Below are positions 46,139-54,609 of a DNA stretch of 64,000 nucleotides, in pieces. Every line of letters begins with the position of its first letter. The first letter of the stretch is position 1. The stretch comes from Candidatus Latescibacterota bacterium (lineage in GTDB: Bacteria; Latescibacterota; UBA2968; GCA-2709665), in assembly GCA_965208835.1 (NCBI GenBank), contig OZ242358.1, forward strand, positions 1 through 64,000, written 5' to 3'. Under the pieces are notes generated by a model. That model was not told the origin of the DNA. It saw only the letters and a list, made by a program, of their open reading frames with translations, and searched no databases. The position numbers were made by a program, and so were the translations under genes.

Positions 46139-47227
46139 CTATGCGGTGGGTGATTTGTAAAAGCGCACGGGATCTTCCAGGTCCCAGTCGCATTCGACCT
46201 TCAGCCGGGCAATGAGCTCGCGCCGGTTGTCCTCCTCCAGACAGGGACGGTTCATGGCCTCACCCATGAGGGCTATGGAGGCGGGCCGTTTGCCGGTATG
46301 CCGGGTATGCGGAACATCGGTCTCGTGCCCCTGCCATTCTCTGCCGCCGAAGATGCGGTAGTCGAACATATAGCCGGTCTTGCCTCTCTGTGCGGCGAGT
46401 CTGCACCAGCGAAAGGCGCGGGCGACACGCTCGTGTACGGGAATTCCTGCCGGCGTGCCATCCGGAAACAGGAGGACACGACCGAGTTTGGCGAAGTGTA
46501 CGAATCTGGTATCCGCGTCCAGCCAGTCGACGAGGCTTGTTTCGTCGTCCGCGCCCCACGCGAAGATGTGGCTGATGGATTCCGGCAGACACCGGAGGTC
46601 GCGGGACATCTGCAGTTTTCCGGGTTTGTCGGCCGGCATACTCAGGTGCAGAAGGATTTCGGCGTCCGGCTTGAGGGCCCTGATGCGTTCCGTGAGAATA
46701 TCGACCACGAGCGCGTCCCACTGAAAGGGGCGGAGCGCCCGGCATTTCTCGCAAATACAGTTGCGGCCGATTTCCCGCGCCGGTTCAATGTCGATGCCGT
46801 CCACACCCGGCGCGAGGCGTTCGGCGACAATGCGGCCCATCCAGGCGCGAGTCTCGACGTCGTGAGGACAGAGAGCCGTATCCGGTCCCTTGGCACTGGG
46901 CTTTAGCAGGTGCGGCGGCACGTCCGGTTCGGCCATTGTGTACTCGGATCCGCCTCCGCTGAATCCGTATATCGCGCGAATGAGCTTGAGACCGACGCTA
47001 TGGGCATATTCGACCGCTTCATGCCAGGCGTCGTTGAAGCCCCGCGCGTTGGTCCAGAATACCACGAGCCGATTCAGGCCGGACTCGGCGAGGTGGTCTA
47101 CGTGGGCCCGGTTGACTGAGATGTCCCGGGGGTTATTCGAGTACCCCTTTCGAAAAAAGAGGTTCCATCCGCACTCGAGGGTGCCGCGCAGGTCAAAGCC
47201 GCGCTCTAACGAGTTCATATCGGTCAT
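46139..47227 (-). CDS. hypothetical protein with a CxCxxC motif
   Basis: ALCP, GVDGIDIE, CICEKC; likely start at 47227, since the upstream ORF extension is MITE sequence. Confidence 0.65.
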   Translation of the reverse strand: MTDMNSLERGFDLRGTLECGWNLFFRKGYSNNPRDISVNRAHVDHLAESGLNRLVVFWTNARGFNDAWHEAVEYAHSVGLKLIRAIYGFSGGGSEYTMAEPDVPPHLLKPSAKGPDTALCPHDVETRAWMGRIVAERLAPGVDGIDIEPAREIGRNCICEKCRALRPFQWDALVVDILTERIRALKPDAEILLHLSMPADKPGKLQMSRDLRCLPESISHIFAWGADDETSLVDWLDADTRFVHFAKLGRVLLFPDGTPAGIPVHERVARAFRWCRLAAQRGKTGYMFDYRIFGGREWQGHETDVPHTRHTGKRPASIALMGEAMNRPCLEEDNRRELIARLKVECDWDLEDPVRFYKSPTA

Positions 47228-47229
47228 TG

Positions 47230-47375
47230 CAGTCCGTTGATAGAGTCGCTCTGCAGGCGAGGCCGAAGACAAGGCGCGTGACCGAGTCCCACCCGGCGAT
47301 TCGGCGAGGGCGCGCAACGCAGTATTTCGACCGCAAGGGCCGGCCGTAGCCCGGATGGGCTTTTTCAACGGGCTG
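47230..47375 (+). mobile_element. MITE family A, copy 4
   Basis: cagtccgttga...tttttcaacgggctg; flanks attg/atgg. Confidence 0.88.
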
Positions 47376-47430
47376 ATGGGGTATGCGGTGCCTGCAACAT
47401 GATAAACGTGAACCGGCGGATGTCAACCTA

Positions 47431-47640
47431 GAAGCTGTCTCAAAATTCCCAGCGGTCTTCGCACGGCTGCAAAAGCGCAGGTCGGCGTTGGTCAAACCCG
47501 CCCGTCTTACGAGATCGAGGCTGCGCCTGCTCGCCTCTCATAGGCGGGTTTTCCCGTCGGCGCTGCGCGCCCCTCGCGCCTCATAACCGCCGTTTTTTCG
47601 CTCGCGCTCGGGAACTCACCGGTAATTTTAAAACAACTTC
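47431..47640 (+). mobile_element. MITE family B copy with an extra internal insertion
   Basis: gaagctgtctcaaaatt...aattttaaaacaacttc. Confidence 0.85.
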
Positions 47641-47731
47641 CTTTGAATAAATCGAAATTGATGTACTTGCCAAATGGCGAATTGTGGATTTAATTAGAGT
47701 CTTCCAGATTCTGATCTTGCCTATTGTTTCT

Positions 47732-48248
47732 GATCCCGTCAATCCTGGTCGGTTCTGATCCTGCTCCCGGCTTTTAATCCTGTTAATCGTGTGCGGTTCT
47801 GGTTTCAATCCTGCTTAATCCTGGTCGGTTTTGATCTTGCTCTTGGTTTCGAATCCTGCTTAATCGTGTGTGGTTCTGGTTTCAATCCTGCTTAATCCTG
47901 GTCGGTTTTGATCTTGCTCCTGGTTTCGAATCCCGTTAACCCCAGTCGCCTTTGATCCTGGCTTCTAATCCTGCTTAATCCTGGTCGGTTTTGATCTTGC
48001 TCTTGACTTCAAATCCTGTTAATCGTGCGCGGTTCTGGTTTTAATCCTGCTTAATCCTGGTCGGTTTTGCTCTTGGCTTCTAATGCCGCTTAATCCTGAT
48101 CGGTTTTGGCTTTTGCCCGGCTCCTGGTTTCGAATCCCGTTAACCCCAGTCGGTTTTGATCCTGGCTTCTAATCCTGCTTAATCCCGGTCGGTTCTGGTT
48201 TTAATCCTGCTTAATCCTGGTCGGTTTTGATCCTGTCCATCCATGTAA
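47732..48248. repeat. hierarchical tandem array of about 13 units of 31-51 bp
   Basis: core aatcctgcttaatcctggtc plus a variable number of hexamers (ggtttt/gatctt/gctctt/ggtttc). Confidence 0.9.
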
Positions 48249-48272
48249 GTCCGGGTATTTGACAAAGAGACT

Positions 48273-49535
48273 ATGAGTCATCCGGTTGACAAAATCCTGC
48301 TGATAACCGTCGACTGCCTCCGGTACGATGCGGTTAGCCGGGTCAATCGCAGGCTGAATACGCCCAAATTCGACCTGTTGACACGGGATTATGCGTTCGC
48401 CGAGCGGTTTTTCGTGACGGCCCCGGCCACGCGCACGTCTCATACGTCCATGTTTACCGGGCTATATCCGTTTGAACACGGACTTTGCGGGCAGACGTAT
48501 CTGAAGATGTTCGCGGGGATTCCGAACCTGTTTCAGCTTTTCTCGGATGCGGGTTATGAAATCCATGGCCGCTCCGAGCGGACGGACGTGTTCCGTTTTC
48601 TGGACTACGAGCGTTATATCGGACCTATGGATCCCAATGCGACGGATCAGCATCTCGGTTCGTTGGAAGACTTGCTGCAGTCGGCGTTCGAAGGAGAGGA
48701 CCGGCCGCGGTTCTGTTTTTTGCATTTCTGGTATACGCATGGCGGCTATGGGGCGAGGGGGATTCCCGGAACGCCGAATCTGAAGGCCTTGATTGACGCC
48801 GGACGGGTGCAGGAGGCGCTCCGGTTTTATTACGCGGCGGCGACGCACGTGCAGGAGTTCCTGCTCGTGGAGGTCCTGAAGCGCGTGAATCTCGACGAAT
48901 GGGCGGTGTTTATCCTGGGCGATCACGGTGAGGGGTTCTGCAAGGAGGGGTTGGCGCACGGGGACCTGTTGCACGAGAATGTGATCCACGTCCCGCTGCT
49001 GGTTTCCCTTCCCGGACACGATGGACTGAAATTACCGCGGGGGCCCCTTGCGACGATCGATCTGTTCCCCACTATTGCAAACCTCGCCGGGCTTTCGGTA
49101 GACTATAAAGGATATGGCCGTGACTTGCGCGACAACGGGGTTTCTTATCGCGATCGATGGGTGTATTCGGAACTCGACAACCTTTACGGCGTCGGATTCC
49201 TGAACGCGGGCAATCTGTGTGCAGACCACGATCGGGTGACGTCACGCATAGCGATGGACGGCGTGGAACTGAAGCGGGACGAGGATGGCCTGCGCATGTG
49301 GTCCGTCACGGACGGAAAGGTCTTCTACAGGGAAAGACTTGACGCTGGGGATTATGTGCTGCGTGACGTGTTCAGCGGCGCCGAGATGCCATGCGAAGAT
49401 CCCGGTCCCTATAGGCATGCCCGAAACGAGATAATGAGCGGATCCAATTACAAGCACCTCCAGGCGCAGGAAACCACGCAGGCCGAAGCCGACATTCTGG
49501 CAGCAAGATTGAGAAATCTCGGGTATATCGAATAA
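48273..49535 (+). CDS. sulfatase-like hydrolase/transferase (alkaline phosphatase superfamily)
   Basis: ITVDCLRYD, APATRTSHTSMFTGLYP, GDHGE, HVPL, IDLFPT, C-terminal LRNLGYIE. Confidence 0.88.
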   Translation: MSHPVDKILLITVDCLRYDAVSRVNRRLNTPKFDLLTRDYAFAERFFVTAPATRTSHTSMFTGLYPFEHGLCGQTYLKMFAGIPNLFQLFSDAGYEIHGRSERTDVFRFLDYERYIGPMDPNATDQHLGSLEDLLQSAFEGEDRPRFCFLHFWYTHGGYGARGIPGTPNLKALIDAGRVQEALRFYYAAATHVQEFLLVEVLKRVNLDEWAVFILGDHGEGFCKEGLAHGDLLHENVIHVPLLVSLPGHDGLKLPRGPLATIDLFPTIANLAGLSVDYKGYGRDLRDNGVSYRDRWVYSELDNLYGVGFLNAGNLCADHDRVTSRIAMDGVELKRDEDGLRMWSVTDGKVFYRERLDAGDYVLRDVFSGAEMPCEDPGPYRHARNEIMSGSNYKHLQAQETTQAEADILAARLRNLGYIE

Positions 49536-49725
49536 CACTTCTTACGACAGGTCAAGTCCGAAAAGATCCCGTACAACTGACGTGCGTGAACGATCAAGTA
49601 TCTTTTCAAACAGGGGACAGGTGTGTATCTTTTAGTGTTGGCACCTGACGAATGGAAGAGGCCTTAATGACCTGCACGTCACGAAAATCGCGTCATTTCC
49701 AGACGATTAATGGAAAGGATAAGAA

Positions 49726-49929
49726 ATGCCGATCATGCTTTCGAAGACATACGCCGCTCTGGTCGCCGCGGGGGCACCGGAGGAAGCCGCCAGCGAAGCT
49801 GCCGAAGAAATCGCCGATTTCGAGCAGAAGCTTTCAGCTATGCAAAGCGACATCAAGCTGATTAAATGGACGCTTGGCGTTGTCCTGGCGTGCGTCGTTG
49901 TTCCGCTGTTTAAATCCCTCCTTCAATGA
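49726..49929 (+). CDS. small coiled-coil protein with a C-terminal TM helix (DUF1640/CCDC90-like)
   Basis: AAGGA Shine-Dalgarno; Y.AL..AG.PEE.A...DIKLIKW followed by a hydrophobic tail. Confidence 0.7.
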   Translation: MPIMLSKTYAALVAAGAPEEAASEAAEEIADFEQKLSAMQSDIKLIKWTLGVVLACVVVPLFKSLLQ

Positions 49930-50020
49930 GCCACTAAATCGATTCCGTCGTGGAATGGTACCCCTTGCCTGGCGAAACCAGAATGACCGCTCAAACCGTC
50001 GCCATCGCCGCCCGCGCTCC

Positions 50021-50860
50021 TCATCCACGCGAAGGCTCGGACATTTCCGTCCTTGCTTTGGCCGCCATCGCCGTCAGGTGGCCGTCGTGCGCCATGCCCT
50101 GCTCGAGATGGATTCTGCGTTCGGGGCCGGCGGTTGCGACCATGGTCTCGCCGTAGAGACGGTCGATCCAGAAGCGGGCATGGCCCGAAATGTAATTCTT
50201 GAAATCTTCGATTCTATCCTCGGGAAAGCGCTGTGAACAGTTGATGGTAAACATCCGTCTCCGGGGGCTGCCGCCGAAAGCGGCGTGTTTCAGGTTGTGG
50301 TTGAAGACGGCGATATCACCGGGCCGGGTTTCCAAAGCGACGCCCGGAAGCAGGTTTTCGCCCTGGACGCCCCAGTTTCGCCCGGATTCCCGGATCTGAT
50401 CCTGGACGGTCCGGGCGAAGCGATCGTCCAGGATATGGCTTCCGGGGATAACGCGCAGGCAGCCGGTGTTGCGGGTCAGTGGATCGAGGTAGAAGGCGAT
50501 CTTGACAAAGCGAACGGTCTTGCCCCAGCCGTCGGAATGCCACATGGTATCGCCGGCGTAGTAGTTTCCGTCCGAACCGACGTAGTTGTAGTCGGCGCCG
50601 AGCAGATCGACGAGCAGTCCGTTGACGCGGGGATCGTCGAGCAAGGCGCAGAGGCGTTCGTGCTGGTCGATAAACGGCACAATGCAGGACCGCCGCTCTC
50701 CGTCGTGCGGCCTTCCGTCGTGACCGCTACCGCGGTCCGCCCAGACCTGCTCGAATGCGTCGATGATGTCGTCAATTACGTCGGCCATCAGCCCGGGCAG
50801 GCACAGGAACCCGAACGTGTCGAAAAACGCGAGTTGCTGCCGGGTGAGAAGTTTCGGCAT
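50021..50860 (-). CDS. PhyH family dioxygenase
   Basis: FFDTFGFL, WHSD, GCLRVIPGSH, LKHAAFGG..RRMF. Confidence 0.9.
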   Translation of the reverse strand: MPKLLTRQQLAFFDTFGFLCLPGLMADVIDDIIDAFEQVWADRGSGHDGRPHDGERRSCIVPFIDQHERLCALLDDPRVNGLLVDLLGADYNYVGSDGNYYAGDTMWHSDGWGKTVRFVKIAFYLDPLTRNTGCLRVIPGSHILDDRFARTVQDQIRESGRNWGVQGENLLPGVALETRPGDIAVFNHNLKHAAFGGSPRRRMFTINCSQRFPEDRIEDFKNYISGHARFWIDRLYGETMVATAGPERRIHLEQGMAHDGHLTAMAAKARTEMSEPSRG

Positions 50861-51002
50861 ATCGGCACCTCTGTCGGATGTAGATGGAAACGTAACACCG
50901 GTTTGGTATATTATAGGAAGTTTTATCGAAACCCCATATAAATGATATTGGATTTTGTACAGCTATCTCTGTTTTGAACCAAAGAGTTGACGAGGAGGCG
51001 AT

Positions 51003-52019
51003 ATGTCGGTTCGGTTTGCTTTTGTCGGATTTCGTCACGGGCATATTCAAGACCTTTACAAGCGGGCGAACGGGCGCGAAGACGTGGAGGTTGTGGCTGC
51101 CTGCGAATCCGACGATCCCGCGCGGGCGGCGGCAGCAGCCGCAGGAGTAAACGTCACGCATTCGGATTCCGAGCGGATGTTGGACGAAGTGGATTGTGAC
51201 GTGGTGGCAATCGGAGAGTACTTCGCGCGGCGTGGCAGCGCGGCCATTCACGCCTTAAACGAGGGAAAGCACGTCATCGTCGATAAACCATTGTGTACCA
51301 GCCTCGACGAACTCGACGAAATCGAACGGATCGCCGGCGAGCGGAATCTGACGGTCGGTTGCATGCTGTCCATGCGGGATCACGGACAGACCATCGGCGC
51401 GAGGAACATGATTCGACAGGGTACGATCGGGGAGATCCACGCGATTTCATTCGGCGGACAGCATCCGCTGCTGCTGGGGTCGAGGCCGGGTTGGTATTTT
51501 GAAGAGGGCAAGCACGGCGGGACCATTAACGACCTTGCCATCCATGCGATTGACTGCCTTCCGTGGATAACCGGTCTGGAATTCGAGACGGTCAACGCCG
51601 CCCGGTGCTGGAACGCCTTTGCGCCGGAGTTTCCGCACTTTCGAGACGGTGCACAGATGATGTTGTCAATGGACAATGGATGCGGCGTCCTTGGAGACGT
51701 GTCGTATTTCATGCCAGACAAGGCGGGTTATTCACTGCCGTTTTACTGGCGGTACACGTTCTGGGGGCGGGATGGCGTACTCGAGGCAGGCACGACGCAG
51801 GATACGATTCAGGTGGCGTGGAAGGATTCGGAGCGGGTGGAGTCGCGGTCGATTCCTGAAGATCGGTCCGGTGGGTATCTTCAGGCATTCCTGGACGATA
51901 TCCGGGGCGAGGCCGAGGAAGGCGAACGGAGTACCGAATCGGTGATTCGCGCCGCCAAAACGGTCCTGAAGATTCAGAAGGCGGCGGATGAGAATGCGCA
52001 CGATGTACATTTGCGCTAG
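51003..52019 (+). CDS. Gfo/Idh/MocA family oxidoreductase
   Basis: GKHVIVDKP, GGTINDLAIH; GAGGAGG Shine-Dalgarno. Confidence 0.9.
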   Translation: MSVRFAFVGFRHGHIQDLYKRANGREDVEVVAACESDDPARAAAAAAGVNVTHSDSERMLDEVDCDVVAIGEYFARRGSAAIHALNEGKHVIVDKPLCTSLDELDEIERIAGERNLTVGCMLSMRDHGQTIGARNMIRQGTIGEIHAISFGGQHPLLLGSRPGWYFEEGKHGGTINDLAIHAIDCLPWITGLEFETVNAARCWNAFAPEFPHFRDGAQMMLSMDNGCGVLGDVSYFMPDKAGYSLPFYWRYTFWGRDGVLEAGTTQDTIQVAWKDSERVESRSIPEDRSGGYLQAFLDDIRGEAEEGERSTESVIRAAKTVLKIQKAADENAHDVHLR

Positions 52020-52335
52020 TGGCGTTGCACTGGCCTTCTCACGTAAACGACCTCCATTGAATATTGACTCTTTCTCCGGCATTGTTTAAAGTTTTAAAAA
52101 TTCGAAACTCGTCGGGCCTTAACCTCAATCGAAAAAAACAGCAACGCGGCGACGCGATCAAACCCTCCGAAACGGGGTGTTATCGACGTATAGAAGGACG
52201 ATTTTTCCTTTCATGTCCAGTGACCTGGTGTATCCTGGTAATCCGCCGTCTAATCGCCTTTATTTACAATCACATATTCGAATTAACGTCCCCGAAGACT
52301 TTCAAATCAAGGTTAATCGTTAACGGGAGCATGTC

Positions 52336-53232
52336 GTGATGTCCGCACGACAAATATCATGGGTCTGCGGTCTTCTGTTGGTATTGGGATCGGCAGGCCG
52401 GGCGACGGCGTCCGGAAAGAGCGCGGGATTCGTGCTGCTTCGGGAGGGAATAGGCGCTCGCGCCGAAGCAATGGGCGGGGCCTATACGGCGGTCGCGCGC
52501 GATCAGACGGCGGCAGCGTGGAACCCGGCGGGCATCGGCGCCCTGACGGGCAAGGACTTTCTGGTGACCCATCACAGTTCGTTCCAGGAAATCCAGCAGA
52601 TCTATGGCGGCTGGGCTTATGGCAATGGCCGCTCCGGCGTCGCTTTGAGCCTGGGTATCTATTCGGTAGGCGGAATTGAAGCCCGGACCGGGCCGTCCGC
52701 ACAACCTCAGGGTACATTCGGCATCTACGAAATCATCGCAGGGCTCACGTACGCGAAGCGGATCAAGCCGGGTTTTTACGCCGGCGCAACCGTGCGTGCA
52801 TTGCACGAGTCCATCGGCCCCGAGCAGGCATCGGGATTCAGCGTGGACCTCGGTCTGTTTTACCGTTTCAGGATGAAGGGTCTGACCGCCGGCGCCAGCT
52901 ATCGGAATCTGGGACGTATGGAGGTGATGGATACGCAGAGGACACCTCTACCCGGGACATTTCGAGCCGGAATCGCCTGGCGGGCAAAGTGGTTGACCGG
53001 TTCTCTCGATCTGGGCGCGCCAAGACACGGTTCCGTGGGCGTGCATACCGGCGTGGAACTGCGCGTAAAACGGACGCTGTGTCTGCGTGCCGGGTACCGA
53101 ACGGGGCACGATATCCGTGACTGGTCGTTCGGATTCGGGATCCAACCGGGCAGTTGGCGGATGGAATATGCCTATGTGCCGGCCGCATTGGGACTCGACG
53201 GTTCGCATCGGCTGGAGTTCGGTATCAGGTAG
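52336..53232 (+). CDS. PorV/PorQ family outer-membrane beta-barrel
   Basis: signal peptide; GIGARAEAMGGAY, WNPAG, DLG, NLG, LRAGY, H..EFG. Confidence 0.8.
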   Translation: MMSARQISWVCGLLLVLGSAGRATASGKSAGFVLLREGIGARAEAMGGAYTAVARDQTAAAWNPAGIGALTGKDFLVTHHSSFQEIQQIYGGWAYGNGRSGVALSLGIYSVGGIEARTGPSAQPQGTFGIYEIIAGLTYAKRIKPGFYAGATVRALHESIGPEQASGFSVDLGLFYRFRMKGLTAGASYRNLGRMEVMDTQRTPLPGTFRAGIAWRAKWLTGSLDLGAPRHGSVGVHTGVELRVKRTLCLRAGYRTGHDIRDWSFGFGIQPGSWRMEYAYVPAALGLDGSHRLEFGIR

Positions 53233-53263
53233 CCGGCATGGAGTCCACGTCAGCGCCGTGACG

Positions 53264-53317
53264 AGACGGGATGAATCGACGGTCGAATGGTGAGGAATTT
53301 TTGGGACAGGGCACTAG
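53264..53317 (-). mobile_element. MITE family C half-copy overlapping the start of the site-2 protease gene
   Basis: agacgggatgaatcgacggtcgaatggtga...gggacagggcactag aligns to the reverse complement of 1347-1401. Confidence 0.7.
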
Positions 53318-54266
53318 AGACCGCATATGGCTGAACGTCCTGTTGTTCGTCCTGACTGCGTACACGACAACCGCCGCGGGCGTGCAGATGGCGGTCGCCA
53401 TGCACGTGGCGGTTTCACCAGAATCCCTTCCCCGGGACTTGTACTCGACGGAGCTGCTGTGGAATCCGAAATATCTGGTTCTGGGGCTTCCGTTTTCCGG
53501 AACCCTGTTATTGATTCTGGGCATCCACGAGATGGGGCACTACCTCACCTCCCGCCGTTGGATGGTGCGCGCGACCTTGCCTTATTTCATTCCCTTTCCG
53601 TCATTCATCGGTACCCTGGGTGCTGTAATCAAGATCAGATCCCGCATTCCGAATCGGCGCGCGCTGATGGACATCGGAGCCTCCGGACCGCTCGCCGGTT
53701 TCGTAGTTGCCCTGCTTGCCCTGATCGTCGGGTTGCATCTGTCCGAAATCGTGCCCGTCTCAACCTTTGCCGAAGGCGGGATTTCACTCGGCAATTCCAT
53801 TCTGGGCAGGTGGTTGACGAATCAGATTATCGGAGACCTCCCCGATGGATTTGCGATCTACGATCATCCGATTTTCGTGGCCGGCTGGCTGGGCCTCTTT
53901 GTGACCGCACTGAATCTCATGCCGGTGGGACAGTTCGACGGCGGGCATATTGTCTATGCATTCGGAGGGGCGCGCATCCACGCGCTCGTTTCGAAAGCGG
54001 CGCTTTTCGTTCTTGGAGGCCTGTGGGCGCTGGGGCCGCCGTATGACTGGCTGTACGTCCAGGATGGCGTCTCAACCTGGCTCGATACCCGGTGGCCGGG
54101 ATGGCTCATCTGGATACTCATCGCGTTGGTGCTGGGGCGCCGGCATACCCCGACGGGCGACCCCGATCTGGCTCTCGATCCGTTTCGGAAACTGATGGGA
54201 TATCTTTCTCTCATCATCTTCGTGCTTTGTTTTGTGCCGCGGCCCGTTAGCTTTTCCGTGCCTTAA
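53271..54266 (+). CDS. site-2 protease (peptidase M50) family
   Basis: HEMGH zinc motif, GASGPLAG, LNLMPVGQFDGGH. Confidence 0.92.
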   Translation: MNRRSNGEEFLGQGTRDRIWLNVLLFVLTAYTTTAAGVQMAVAMHVAVSPESLPRDLYSTELLWNPKYLVLGLPFSGTLLLILGIHEMGHYLTSRRWMVRATLPYFIPFPSFIGTLGAVIKIRSRIPNRRALMDIGASGPLAGFVVALLALIVGLHLSEIVPVSTFAEGGISLGNSILGRWLTNQIIGDLPDGFAIYDHPIFVAGWLGLFVTALNLMPVGQFDGGHIVYAFGGARIHALVSKAALFVLGGLWALGPPYDWLYVQDGVSTWLDTRWPGWLIWILIALVLGRRHTPTGDPDLALDPFRKLMGYLSLIIFVLCFVPRPVSFSVP

Positions 54267-54271
54267 ATTTA

Positions 54272-54433
54272 GAAGCTGTATTAAAATTCCCGGCGGTCTT
54301 CGCGCGGCTGCAAAAGCGCCGGTCGGCGTTGGTCAAATCCACCCGTATAGATAAATATGGGCGGATTTTCCCGCCTTGACCGCCACTTTTTCGCTCGCGC
54401 TCGGGAACTCACCGGTAATTTTAATACAGCTTC
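54272..54433 (+). mobile_element. MITE family B copy (shortest central loop)
   Basis: perfect TIRs gaagctgtattaaaatt / aattttaatacagcttc; TTA duplication on both sides. Confidence 0.9.
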
Positions 54434-54609
54434 TTACCCTGGACGCGTTCCGTCTCCCCTGCTCCGGAATTTGGGCCCGACATCTCTCCCCCTGTTGAAT
54501 CCATCGATCTTCCCCGCTACGGTCAATCCCGAAATGAGCCGGGTCCGGTTTGCCCGTGCCGAATCGTATTTCGTTCGGTACGCCCGGTATCGCAATTCTT
54601 CATGCTGCT

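Noticed and set aside
47732-48248. CRISPR array
   Set aside because: The segments between cores are variants of the same hexamers rather than unique spacers, and no cas genes are in the window.
52140-52195. c-di-GMP-I riboswitch-like CAAACC...GAAA...GG hairpin
   Set aside because: The downstream ACGCAAAG segment and second stem are missing; an Infernal search with the Rfam c-di-GMP-I model would settle it.
53259-53261. Selenocysteine or readthrough TGA upstream of the site-2 protease
   Set aside because: No SECIS-like hairpin or conserved Cys context; better explained as the MITE junction.
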